Origin: an uncultured Halochromatium sp.
GTDB taxonomy: Bacteria > Pseudomonadota > Gammaproteobacteria > Chromatiales > Chromatiaceae
Direction of reading: 5' to 3'
Assembly (NCBI GenBank): GCA_964617675.1
Contig: CAZTYV010000002.1
Span: forward strand, 1-45,553
DNA: 45,553 bases
This document shows positions 29,921 through 39,191 of the stretch, in pieces. Position 1 is the stretch's first letter; every line of letters begins with the position of its first letter. Below the pieces are notes generated by a model. The model worked only from the letters and a program-made list of their open reading frames with translations, was not told the origin of the DNA and did no database searches. The translations under genes were made by a program, and so were the position numbers.

Positions 29921-30634
29921 TCACGGGGCCGCGGCAACCACCGCGGCCTCGTCGATGAAGACCTCGGCATGGGGCGCTGCGGCTGCAACGCTCGCGATCG
30001 GCAAGGCGGCACCCTCTCGCCAGGCCCTCACGGCATCCCCCTTCCCGCTGCCGGTGACCAGGATCAGTAACCTCCCGGTCCGCGTCAGCGCGCGTCGTGT
30101 CAGCGACACCCGATCCGGCGGCGGCTTCGGCGCTTCATGCACCGGTATGACCAGCTGCTCCTGCGTCAGCTCACGGCCGGGGAAGAGGCTCGCAGTGTGC
30201 CCGTCCTCGCCGATGCCGAGCAGGACGAGGTCAAACGGCAGCGCTGCCTCGACGACGGGCTCGTAGGCCCTTGCGGCGGCCTCAGCGCCGAGCTCCGCCG
30301 GGATCGCAAACACCTGGCTGCGAGGGATGGGCACCCGCTTCAGCCAGGCCTCGTCCGCCACCAGACTGTTGCGCTCGCCATCCTCGACCGGTAAGCACCG
30401 TTCGTCGCCATGGTAGATCCACCAGCGATCCCAGGCCGCCTGCGCATTCGCGAGCAGGCGATAGGCCGCCGTTGGTGTGGTACCACCCGCGAGGCAGAGA
30501 CGAAACCGTCCGTGCTGCTCGATCGCCGCCTGAGCGGCGGCGAGGACCGCGGCAGCGGCGGCAGCGGCGACAGCGCTCTGGTCCTCGAATCGCTTGACCT
30601 CTGTGCCCGGCAGGGCAAGATGCTCGGCGCGCAT
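29921..30634 (-). CDS. pgl: 6-phosphogluconolactonase
   Basis: LAGGTTP, GDERC, LLGIGEDGHTASLFP, PKPPPDRVSLT; start approximate. Confidence 0.93.
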   Translation of the reverse strand: MRAEHLALPGTEVKRFEDQSAVAAAAAAAVLAAAQAAIEQHGRFRLCLAGGTTPTAAYRLLANAQAAWDRWWIYHGDERCLPVEDGERNSLVADEAWLKRVPIPRSQVFAIPAELGAEAAARAYEPVVEAALPFDLVLLGIGEDGHTASLFPGRELTQEQLVIPVHEAPKPPPDRVSLTRRALTRTGRLLILVTGSGKGDAVRAWREGAALPIASVAAAAPHAEVFIDEAAVVAAAP

Positions 30635-30797
30635 GCGATGATTCCCCTCGATTCGGTGCTGATGCGTCGGCATGTTAAGCCCGGATCGGCCCTCACCACC
30701 ACCCCGATCGCGCCGGTCCTGCCCCGGGTGCTCGATGCCAATGCCGAGCGCAGATCGGGGTATGATCCGAGCGCCTCCAGCACCCAGGGTTGACCCG

Positions 30798-30838
30798 GGC
30801 GGAGGCATCGCGTAGTACAGTTCCGGCGGAGGCATCGC
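30798..30838. promoter_or_regulatory. 14-bp direct repeat upstream of the DsrC-like gene
   Basis: GGCGGAGGCATCGC at 30798 and 30825 (27-bp period), just after a TTGACC at 30790. Confidence 0.45.
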
Positions 30839-30887
30839 TTAGAACAGATCCGCAGGCTTGTAGACTCAGGAGCGACGAGGAGCACCC

Positions 30888-31247
30888 ATGGCAGAGACGA
30901 TGCAAGAGATCATGAACCCAGGCGCGAGCACTGATGATCCGCGCTTCCCGAAGGCCCCAAACGACTGGAGCACGCAGGATGCCGAGCGCCAGGCCAGCGA
31001 GGAGGGGCTCACGCTGACGGACGACCACTGGGAGGCGATTCGCGCGCTCCAAGCCCTGCTCGCAACCGATGAGCAGCCGAACGCGCGGGGCCTTCATGAC
31101 GCGCTCGATGAGCGTTTCCACGACCGCGGCGGGATAAAGTATCTCTACGGGATCTTCCCCGGTGGCCCCGTGGCTCAAGGCTGCCGCTTGGCCGGACTCA
31201 AGCCGCCCGCGGGCGCGGTTAACCCCTCCTTCGGCAGCGTCCAGTAA
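30888..31247 (+). CDS. TusE/DsrC/DsvC-family protein lacking the terminal cysteine
   Basis: EGLTLTDDHWEAI, YLYGIFPGGPVAQGCRLAGL; GGAG RBS. Confidence 0.9.
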   Translation: MAETMQEIMNPGASTDDPRFPKAPNDWSTQDAERQASEEGLTLTDDHWEAIRALQALLATDEQPNARGLHDALDERFHDRGGIKYLYGIFPGGPVAQGCRLAGLKPPAGAVNPSFGSVQ

Positions 31248-31251
31248 GGGA

Positions 31252-31821
31252 TTGAGCGCCGAGGCTCCAGAGGCCTTTCGGCCTCAAGGGGACGCCACGA
31301 ACGGGGCCACTCCGACCGCCTACCCGGTGCATCGGACGGCGCGGCGGATGCGGCTTAAGATCCCCTCGAAACGGCATGATCGAGCCTTCTTCACCCAGCT
31401 CGAGCAACGCCTGCGCGAGATCCCCAGCATCGAATCGGCGGTCCTCACACCCGAGACCGCCGGCATGCTGCTGCAATTTGCCGAGGGTGAGGGCGATGGC
31501 GTCGCTGCCGCCCTCGAGGCGCTCAAGATCGTCGCGATCGCGCGGGGGCACGCCAGCGCGCCGGCGATGACCGAGCATCAGGCGCCCAGCGAGACGGGAT
31601 TGAACGCGCGCGAGGTCGACGCCCAGGGGCAAGCGCACTCGCCCATCGACCGACGCGCACTCGCCTTCACAGTGTTGATGCTGTTGCTCTTGCGCCAGAT
31701 CCTGCGCGGTGGATGGTGGGCGCCAGGGCTCGCGCTGCTCTGGCTCCTGTTCGAGGTACTGCGCGCCCGAATGACGCCGGGAGCGGACTCGCCCGCCGGC
31801 CAGCCGACGGGGCCTCGATGA
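31252..31821 (+). CDS. Hypothetical membrane protein with an HMA2-like N-terminal domain
   Basis: VHRTARRMRLKIP...TAGMLLQF pattern and two C-terminal hydrophobic segments; start uncertain. Confidence 0.55.
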   Translation: MSAEAPEAFRPQGDATNGATPTAYPVHRTARRMRLKIPSKRHDRAFFTQLEQRLREIPSIESAVLTPETAGMLLQFAEGEGDGVAAALEALKIVAIARGHASAPAMTEHQAPSETGLNAREVDAQGQAHSPIDRRALAFTVLMLLLLRQILRGGWWAPGLALLWLLFEVLRARMTPGADSPAGQPTGPR

Positions 31822-31829
31822 CCGCCGCT

Positions 31830-32057
31830 TCAGGGAGCGCGGCGATCCTCCCTGGCCCGCTCGGGATTGGGCTGCCGGGACTCGGCATCAGGAAAACGCC
31901 GCGCATCGCCCAGATCGGCATCCTCATCCATCAGGATCCGTTGGCCGTCGCCCTCGAGGTCATCGAACTGCCCGCTGCGCGCCGCCCAGAATAAGACGCC
32001 AACCGCCACGAGTCCCAACAGCAGCATGCCTGGGATCAACCCGTAGATCACTTCCAT
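31830..32057 (-). CDS. ccoS: cbb3 oxidase assembly protein CcoS
   Basis: LIPG...WAARSGQFDDLEG. Confidence 0.95.
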   Translation of the reverse strand: MEVIYGLIPGMLLLGLVAVGVLFWAARSGQFDDLEGDGQRILMDEDADLGDARRFPDAESRQPNPERAREDRRAP

Positions 32058-34615
32058 CGCTCACCTCGTACCATCGGTTGATCGCTCGGTTGATCGCTGG
32101 GTTGGCGGGTGCGGTCCTTGAAGACCCGACCGAGCCGCGCTGAATTGCCGATCACCGCGAGCGAGCTGATCGGCATCGAGATCGCGGCGACCAGCGGCGT
32201 AATCAACGCGGCCATCGCCAGCGGCACCATGATGAGATTGTAGGCAATCGAGAGCCCGATATTTTGGCGAATGGTGCTTAGGGTCCTGCGCGAGAGTGCG
32301 GCGGCATCGCGCACTCGCATCAGCTCAGGGCTCATCAAAACGATATCCGCGCTGGCGATCGAGACATCGGTGCCAGAGCCGACGGCGATGCCGACATCCG
32401 CGCGTACCAGGGCTGGGGCATCGTTGATACCATCACCGACCATCGCCACCCGCTCGCCACGCTGCTGAAGCTCGGCGATCACCCGATCCTTGTCTTCGGG
32501 GCGAACATCAGCGATCAGGTCGATCCCGCCGAGCTGAGCTGCGATCCTCCGCGCGACCGGCTCGCGATCGCCGGTCAGCAGCGTCACGCGAATAGCCTCT
32601 GCGCGAAGCCGAGCAACGACCTCGGCAGCGTCGGACCTGAGCCGATCCGCGGCCGTAAAGCGCAGGCATTCGACGCCATCAATCGCGCAGTGCAGGGTCG
32701 TTCCCGGCACCGCTGAGTCGGTCTCGGGCTGCGCGCATGCCTTCGACGCCCCGAGGACCGGGATGCCGTTCGCGCCCAGCCAGTCGGCGGTGCCGACGAG
32801 CACCTGGTGGCCATCAACGGCCCCCGCGATCCCGGCGCCGGGCTCGACCCGAACCGCAAGGACCTGCGCCGAGCCGAGGCCAATGCCCGCGCGTTGCGCC
32901 AGCCTCACCAGGGCACGGGCGAACGGATGCTCGGAGACGCGCTCGAGCGCAGCGATGAGACGCAACTGCTCGCGGTACGCCGCACCCAGCTCGGTATCGG
33001 CCGGAAATCGTTGCCATGAGGCGCCATCACCGGCCCGACCAGCGCCATCGTCCCCGGCCGCGGCGACCTGCACGGATAGGACCTCCGGGCGCCCCTCGGT
33101 CAGCGTGCCGGTCTTGTCGAAGACGAAGTGGTCGATCTCGGAGAGGGTCTCGAGGACCCCACCCTCCTTGACCAGGATGCCGTGGCGCGCGCCAAGCCCG
33201 GCGGCCACCGCGATCGCCATCGGCGTCGCCAAGCCGAAGGCACAGGGACAGGTGATGATCAGCACCGAGGTGGCCGCCATCAGGGCCGTCTCTAGGTCAG
33301 AGCGCAGCCAAAGCATGAAGGTGAGCAGCGCCAGGCCGATGGTGAGCGCCACGAACCAGGGGACGATGCGATCGGCGAGCGATTGAATCGGCGCCTTGCT
33401 CGACTGCGCGTCCTCGACCAAACGGATGATGCGTCCGAGGGCGGTATCGCGCAGCAGCCCGGTGACCTGCACCTCGAGCACCCCTGCCCCGTTGAGCGTT
33501 CCAGCGGCCACCGCATCGCCGACGCCACGCTGCACCGGCTCCGACTCACCGGTCAACATGGCCTCGTCGACCTCGCTGCGGCCCTCACGCACCAGGCCGT
33601 CGGCCGGAATGGTCTCGCCCGGGCGCACCAGCAGGAGATCGCCCTCGCGCACGGCGCGGATCGGCAGCACCACCTCCTCGCCATCGCGCAATAAGGTCGC
33701 AACCTTGGGCTGTAGATCCAAGAGCCGCTGCGTCGAGGCCACGGCCTGGCGTTTCGACATCGCCTCGAGGAAACGGCCCACCAGGATCACGAACAGGAAG
33801 TTGACGACCGTATCCCAGTAGACGTGACCCTGACCGCTGAGGGTCACATAGAGGGAGTAGAGGTAGGTGATGGTCGCGCCGATGGCGATCGGCAGGTCCA
33901 TGGTCAGCGCGCCCTGCCTCAGGCCGAGCCAGGCCCCGCGATAGAAGGGCCAGCCTGCGTAGAGCAGGGTCGGTGTGGCAATCGCGAAGCCGATCCAATG
34001 GAAGAGACCACGAAACTCGCCCTCGTCGGCGCCAGCGTAGAGGGCGATCGAGACCCACATCAGATTCATCGCCGCAAAGCCGGCGAAGGCCATCCGATAC
34101 AATAGCCGACGATTACCGCGCTTGAGCAGCCCTTCGGAGGCCTCGGGATCGAAGGGCACGGCCGCGTAGCCGAGCTCGCTCAGGCGCCCGAGCAGGCTCG
34201 AGAGCCGCTGGCGCGAGTTGTCCCACTTCAGGCGCAGGCGCCGACCGGTCAGGTTAACGCGCGCCTCCTCGACACCGGGCATCCGAGTCAGGCCGGTCTC
34301 GATCAGCCAGACGCAGGCGGCGCAATGGATGCCCTCGACATGCAGGCTGACCTCGCGCTGATCCCCTGAGGTATCGAGGTAGGCGGATTGCACCTCGTCG
34401 AGATCGTAGAGGGCCAGCTGCTTCGGCGGCTCCGGCGGCGGCCCCAGCACCTCGCCCTCTGGGGTCCGGCGATAGAAGCCATCGAGCCCGGCCGCGTAGA
34501 TGGCCTCGCAGACCGATTTGCAGCCCGTACAGCAGAAGTGACGTTCGCGGCCGGCAACGCAAGCAACGACCGGCTGCGAGCCGTCGACCGGCAGGCCGCA
34601 GTGGAAACAGCGCAC
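32048..34615 (-). CDS. ccoI: P1B heavy-metal (Cu) ATPase CcoI/FixI
   Basis: CFHCG, FCCTGC, HCAACVW, TGES, CPC, DKTGT, GDGINDAP. Confidence 0.95.
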   Translation of the reverse strand: MRCFHCGLPVDGSQPVVACVAGRERHFCCTGCKSVCEAIYAAGLDGFYRRTPEGEVLGPPPEPPKQLALYDLDEVQSAYLDTSGDQREVSLHVEGIHCAACVWLIETGLTRMPGVEEARVNLTGRRLRLKWDNSRQRLSSLLGRLSELGYAAVPFDPEASEGLLKRGNRRLLYRMAFAGFAAMNLMWVSIALYAGADEGEFRGLFHWIGFAIATPTLLYAGWPFYRGAWLGLRQGALTMDLPIAIGATITYLYSLYVTLSGQGHVYWDTVVNFLFVILVGRFLEAMSKRQAVASTQRLLDLQPKVATLLRDGEEVVLPIRAVREGDLLLVRPGETIPADGLVREGRSEVDEAMLTGESEPVQRGVGDAVAAGTLNGAGVLEVQVTGLLRDTALGRIIRLVEDAQSSKAPIQSLADRIVPWFVALTIGLALLTFMLWLRSDLETALMAATSVLIITCPCAFGLATPMAIAVAAGLGARHGILVKEGGVLETLSEIDHFVFDKTGTLTEGRPEVLSVQVAAAGDDGAGRAGDGASWQRFPADTELGAAYREQLRLIAALERVSEHPFARALVRLAQRAGIGLGSAQVLAVRVEPGAGIAGAVDGHQVLVGTADWLGANGIPVLGASKACAQPETDSAVPGTTLHCAIDGVECLRFTAADRLRSDAAEVVARLRAEAIRVTLLTGDREPVARRIAAQLGGIDLIADVRPEDKDRVIAELQQRGERVAMVGDGINDAPALVRADVGIAVGSGTDVSIASADIVLMSPELMRVRDAAALSRRTLSTIRQNIGLSIAYNLIMVPLAMAALITPLVAAISMPISSLAVIGNSARLGRVFKDRTRQPSDQPSDQPMVRGERWK

Positions 34616-34641
34616 CGCGCGCGAGGACCCGAGCGGCTCGG

Positions 34642-35238
34642 CTAGCGGTCGGCGACGCCGATGCGCTGATCGAAGACGACCTCCTGCTCGCCGGTCTCAG
34701 CGGCGACTAGGGTGTCCCAGAGCCCAGCCATCTTGAAGGTCACATCGACGGCGTAGCGGCCCGGGGCTTCCTCCACCATCGGCAACGAGAAATCCGCCGA
34801 TCGGTCCGACGGCCGATAAGCATAGTAGGTGACCGCGTCGGGACGCACCGGTTGACCGGCCTGATCGACGACATAGAAGCGCACCGTGGTCGCCTCGCCG
34901 ACGGCGACATCCGCCGGCGTGTCGAGACTCATGGTCCAACCAGGCGCCTCGGCGAGGCGCGAGGCCAGCGTGCGCTCGACATTGCGCCCCCGCTCGTAAT
35001 AGTCGTCGATGACCAGCCCCGGATTGGTCACGAACGCGAGCGTGATCATGGTTGCGTTGACCACGAGTACGATGACCACCAATGCAATCCAGGCGACGAA
35101 CCAGGGGCTGCGCCAGGCCGAGCCCGAGCGTCCGCGCGCCGAAGCCGCAGCATCAGCCCCGCCGCCGGAGCCAGAGCCAGCACCAGAGCCGACACCAGCG
35201 CCACTGATCGGCGAGCGTCCCAGGGTGACATCATTCAT
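34642..35238 (-). CDS. ccoH: FixH/CcoH-family protein
   Basis: One TM followed by LVIDDYYERG; sits between ccoG and ccoI. Confidence 0.88.
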   Translation of the reverse strand: MNDVTLGRSPISGAGVGSGAGSGSGGGADAAASARGRSGSAWRSPWFVAWIALVVIVLVVNATMITLAFVTNPGLVIDDYYERGRNVERTLASRLAEAPGWTMSLDTPADVAVGEATTVRFYVVDQAGQPVRPDAVTYYAYRPSDRSADFSLPMVEEAPGRYAVDVTFKMAGLWDTLVAAETGEQEVVFDQRIGVADR

Positions 35239-35287
35239 CAGTTCGATTCCTCAATCGGGTTCGGTACTCGCGGCTTGCCCGCGGGCC

Positions 35288-36721
35288 TTAGCGTGGCGGC
35301 CCGAAGAACGCACTCTCGCGCTCGGCGGTCGTCTCTGAGCCATCCGGCAGCCGCGTGGTTGCGTAAAAGGTCAGGGGCACGCGCTCATCGCCGAGATCAC
35401 CGCGCTCGATCTTGACGAAGACGATCGAGGGTGTGACCTCGCCGCTGCGCACCGCCACCGGCTCTTCGGCGCCAACCAAGGTGATCGGAACCGGGCCCTG
35501 TGCACTGATCCGCACCTCGAGGTCGCTCTCGCTCTTGTTCAACACCTTCAGCGTGTACTTGTTCTGGATCGACCCATCGGAGAGTCGCACGAACAGTGGC
35601 GCCCGCTCGTGCAACACCTTGAGCTCGATCGCGTCGAGGCTCGAGAGCCCATAGACGATGCCGGCGAGCGCGATCGCCAAGATCGCCGTGTAGACCCAGA
35701 CGCGGGCGCGCAGCAGCATCGGCTTGACCGACTTGCCCTCGATCTCGTCGAGCGAGGCATAGCGGATTAGACCGCGTGGGCGCCCGACCTTATCCATCAC
35801 CGCGTCGCAGGCATCGATACAAAGGCCGCAGGTGATGCAGCCCTCCTGCTGGCCTTTGCGGATATCGACACCGGTCGGGCAGACCGCGACGCATTGGCTG
35901 CAATCGACACAATCACCCGCCGTGCGCTCGGCCTCGCTCTCGCCCTTCTTGAACCGACCCCGCGGCTCGCCACGCGCCACATCATAGGTCGGAACCACCG
36001 TAGACTTATCCAGCATCACGCCTTGGATGCGCGCGTACGGACAAAGCCAGAAACAGACCTGCTCGCGCAGCCAGCCGGCAAGCAGATAGGTGCCAGCGGT
36101 GAACAAGGCCACGGAGGCGTACACCGCCAGGTTCGCCTGGCCCACAAAGAAGTCCCGCCAGAGCGGGCCGGCACCGTAGAACCAGGCGACGAAGCTGAAA
36201 CCGGTGAAGAAGCCGATCACGAGCCAGAGCAGATGTTTGGTCAGCTTGATGCGAATCTTTCTGGCGTCGATCGGGGCCTTGTCGAGCTTTCGCCGCTGCG
36301 GCGGACTGCCCTCAAGCTTCTCCTCGATCCAGGTAAAGACGTCGGTCCAGACCGTCTGGAAACAGAAGTACCCGCAGTAGACGCGGCCAACCAGCGCGGT
36401 GGCCACGGCGAGTAGGATCGCGAAGAACAGGAGCAACAGCGACAGCATCCAGAAGTCCTGCGGCAGGACCGTCACGCCGAACAGGTGATACTGCCGATTC
36501 GGGATATCGAAGAGCACGGCCTGATGGCCGTTCCACTGCAGGTACGGGCCGAGGAAGAAGATCAGCCAAACCGACGAAGCCACCCACTTGATGCGGCGCC
36601 ACTTGCCCGGCATGCGCTTGGCATGGATGGTCTCACCGCCGGTGTTCACCTCCCAGTGGTGGGCCTCCGCGTAGAGATCATCGATGGCGGTTCCCGTGCC
36701 GCGCGTAGGGGATTCGTTCAT
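35288..36721 (-). CDS. ccoG: cbb3 accessory ferredoxin-like protein CcoG/FixG
   Basis: GRVYCGYFCFQT, CFWLCPY, CVDCSQCVAVCP, CITCGLCIDAC; ATG at 36721. Confidence 0.96.
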   Translation of the reverse strand: MNESPTRGTGTAIDDLYAEAHHWEVNTGGETIHAKRMPGKWRRIKWVASSVWLIFFLGPYLQWNGHQAVLFDIPNRQYHLFGVTVLPQDFWMLSLLLLFFAILLAVATALVGRVYCGYFCFQTVWTDVFTWIEEKLEGSPPQRRKLDKAPIDARKIRIKLTKHLLWLVIGFFTGFSFVAWFYGAGPLWRDFFVGQANLAVYASVALFTAGTYLLAGWLREQVCFWLCPYARIQGVMLDKSTVVPTYDVARGEPRGRFKKGESEAERTAGDCVDCSQCVAVCPTGVDIRKGQQEGCITCGLCIDACDAVMDKVGRPRGLIRYASLDEIEGKSVKPMLLRARVWVYTAILAIALAGIVYGLSSLDAIELKVLHERAPLFVRLSDGSIQNKYTLKVLNKSESDLEVRISAQGPVPITLVGAEEPVAVRSGEVTPSIVFVKIERGDLGDERVPLTFYATTRLPDGSETTAERESAFFGPPR

Positions 36722-36821
36722 AGGGGCTACAACCAGATTGGGTGCCTTGCAATACTCTCGGACCAAACATGGGCGTCGAGGCTAGCGCAGTGGCTCGCGC
36801 GAGGCGAAGAACAGACGGATG

Positions 36822-36848
36822 AAGAAAAAGGGGGATGAAGCATCCCCC
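36822..36848 (-). terminator. Intrinsic terminator closing ccoNOQP plus the small ORF
   Basis: GGGGGATG-AAG-CATCCCCC hairpin followed on the minus strand by TTTTTCTT. Confidence 0.8.
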
Positions 36849-36894
36849 CGTTTCCGGTCCCTGACCCCTCCTCTCCGATCTCCTGGGCTTTGTT

Positions 36895-37032
36895 CTAGCG
36901 TTCTTGCTCGCTTTTATGTCGTTCTGCATCCTCATTCATCAAACGGATGACCTTGTAGACAAGGTAGCCAATGATGAGGACGGCGAGCGCAATGCTTATA
37001 ATAGAGCCCCAAAACACCGCATCTAGGTGCAT
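36895..37032 (-). CDS. 45-aa single-TM small protein (not in the ORF track)
   Basis: AGGAGG RBS 5 nt before ATG; MHLDAVFWGSIISIALAVLIIGYLVYKVIRLMNEDAERHKSEQER*. Confidence 0.8.
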   Translation of the reverse strand: MHLDAVFWGSIISIALAVLIIGYLVYKVIRLMNEDAERHKSEQER

Positions 37033-37172
37033 ATCATCCTCCTAATCGTTCAACCCTCTCGACCAGCGCGATCCGCAGCCTTCCTCGGGCAGCGGTCAGC
37101 GACACCCGAGGCGGCCGTCTCATTGTTTCTCGCGCCGATCCTAGCGCCCAGTCGTCTCTTGCGCTCAGTCGT

Positions 37173-38099
37173 CTACTGACCGCCACCCAGGCTGTGTACG
37201 TAAACCGCCAGCTTCTTGATCTGGTCGGGCTCGAGCTTACCCTCGAGGCTCCCGGCAGAGTCACCAAAGGCCGGCATCACGGCATCACGCGTTTGGTCGA
37301 CACCGGGCTGATTCACACCATAGAGGATGGTGTGCTTGGCACTCTCGTAACCGCCGGGTTGGAAGCGCCAGATCCCATCAGTCAGATTTGCGGCACCAAC
37401 GGTGATGATGGTGCCATCCGGCAGCTCAGCGAGCACACCGTTCGCGGATTGACCATGACAGGCGGTACAGCCTTTGTCACTGAAAAGCTTCCAGCCGGCC
37501 TCGCTGCCTTGGCCGCCATCGGCGATCTGGACCGTGAACTCGGCGAGCTGATCCACCTCAGCCTCGGTCAGGATATCCTTGTGCGCCGTCATCGCGCCCT
37601 TGCGCCCATTGGTGATGGACTCGCTGATCTTCGCCAGCGAGCCACCATAGAGCCAATCGTCATCGGCCAGCACCGGATAGCCCGGATTACCCTGGCCGCC
37701 ACTGCCATGACAGGCGGAACAGTAGTCGCCGAAGATCACCTTGGCCGAGGCTAGGGTGTACTGGGTCAGCCCGGGATCAGCGAGGATCTGCTCCGGCGTC
37801 ATCGCGGCGATCTGGGTCTCGTACTTGGCCCTCACGGCCTCGACCTGCTCAACACCCTGCTCGTACTCCTTGATCGAGGACCAGCCGAGGATACCGCGGG
37901 TAAAGCCACCGTCTTCTTGAGACTGCCAGGGCAGTACCGGAAACATCGGGTAGAGGATGCCGTAGAGGACGAACCAGGCGATGGAAGCCCAGAGGGCGAT
38001 CATCCACCACTGCGGCGGTGGATTGTTCAGCTCGCGGATATTGTCGTCCCAATAGTGCCCCGTGTTGTTCTCGCCCGGGAACGGATTATGGTCGGCCAT
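37173..38099 (-). CDS. ccoP: cbb3 cytochrome c oxidase subunit III
   Basis: TGHYWD...ELNNPPPQWW; two CxxCH (CSACH, CTACH); ATG at 38099. Confidence 0.97.
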   Translation of the reverse strand: MADHNPFPGENNTGHYWDDNIRELNNPPPQWWMIALWASIAWFVLYGILYPMFPVLPWQSQEDGGFTRGILGWSSIKEYEQGVEQVEAVRAKYETQIAAMTPEQILADPGLTQYTLASAKVIFGDYCSACHGSGGQGNPGYPVLADDDWLYGGSLAKISESITNGRKGAMTAHKDILTEAEVDQLAEFTVQIADGGQGSEAGWKLFSDKGCTACHGQSANGVLAELPDGTIITVGAANLTDGIWRFQPGGYESAKHTILYGVNQPGVDQTRDAVMPAFGDSAGSLEGKLEPDQIKKLAVYVHSLGGGQ

Positions 38100-38301
38100 C
38101 GTTATCTCCGAGGTCCTCGTGATCGTCTTCAAACGGGATGTGCTTCTTGGCTTCGAGCTTGTCCCGATTCTTCGGCCGAAAGACCTGAAAATAGGCCACG
38201 ACCATGAGCACGAAGATGGCGACCGTCAGAATGGTTCCGACCCAGTCGGAGGCCGTCATCGCTGCCCAATCGGTCTCGAAATACTCCGAGAGGCTACTCA
38301 C
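38086..38301 (-). CDS. ccoQ: cbb3 cytochrome c oxidase subunit IV
   Basis: Single TM and HIPFEDD tail; overlaps ccoO and ccoP. Confidence 0.9.
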   Translation of the reverse strand: MSSLSEYFETDWAAMTASDWVGTILTVAIFVLMVVAYFQVFRPKNRDKLEAKKHIPFEDDHEDLGDNDGRP

Positions 38302-39151
38302 GATAGACCACCCCGGGGTCTAGCTTCGCCATGATGCCGAGCACCTGCAGATAGGCCACCATCGCGTCCATCCCGGTCTTGCCCTGCAGCAGCCCTGGGG
38401 CCGCCTCGATGTCAGCATCACTGTAGGGGACACCGATCGCGCGCAACCCCTTCATGTGGCGCTGCATCTTCTTCGGGTTGATCGTCTCGTCGTCGAGCCA
38501 GGGATAGCCCGGCATCACCGATTCGGGAACAACCGAGCGCGGATCGCGCAAGTGCTGGCGATGCCACTCGTCCGAATACTTGCCGCCAAGACGCGCCATG
38601 TCGGGCCCGGTGCGCTTCGAGCCCCACTGGAACGGATGATCGAACATCGATTCAGACGCAAGCGAGTAATGGCCGTAGCGTTCACGCTCATCACGGAATG
38701 GCCGCACCTGCTGCGAATGACAGAGATAGCAACCCTCGCGCTGATAGATATCGCGTCCCCAGAGCTCGAGGGCCGTATAGGGCCTGATTCCATCACCCGG
38801 CTTCCAATTCCAGGTGGTCTCGGTCGGCTTCAGCACGCCGCGTCGCGGGTCGAGCACGTAGTCGCCGTTATCCTTACTCAGAAAGTTTCCCTGATCATCG
38901 GTCTTGAAGCGCAGCGGATTCCCCTGCGCGTCGGTCTCGTACTTGACCGAGACGATGGGCGTGGTGCCGGCCTCTTGCCAGACGATCTCTGGGAATTGGT
39001 TCGCCTCCTCGGTGCTCTTGAGATAGAAGAGCGGCACGATCTCGACGATACCCCCCACCGAGAGCACGATCGCGACCACGATCAATAGCCCCCAGATATT
39101 GCGCTCCAAGCGCTCCTGTATCCCCTTCGGCGGTGTGTTCTTGTCAGCCAT
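38294..39151 (-). CDS. ccoO: cbb3 cytochrome c oxidase subunit II
   Basis: [31 protein letters not shown]. Confidence 0.97.
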   Translation of the reverse strand: MADKNTPPKGIQERLERNIWGLLIVVAIVLSVGGIVEIVPLFYLKSTEEANQFPEIVWQEAGTTPIVSVKYETDAQGNPLRFKTDDQGNFLSKDNGDYVLDPRRGVLKPTETTWNWKPGDGIRPYTALELWGRDIYQREGCYLCHSQQVRPFRDERERYGHYSLASESMFDHPFQWGSKRTGPDMARLGGKYSDEWHRQHLRDPRSVVPESVMPGYPWLDDETINPKKMQRHMKGLRAIGVPYSDADIEAAPGLLQGKTGMDAMVAYLQVLGIMAKLDPGVVYRE

Positions 39152-39191
39152 TCTCTCGTTACTCCTCGGGATTCCTGCGATGCGGACCGGC

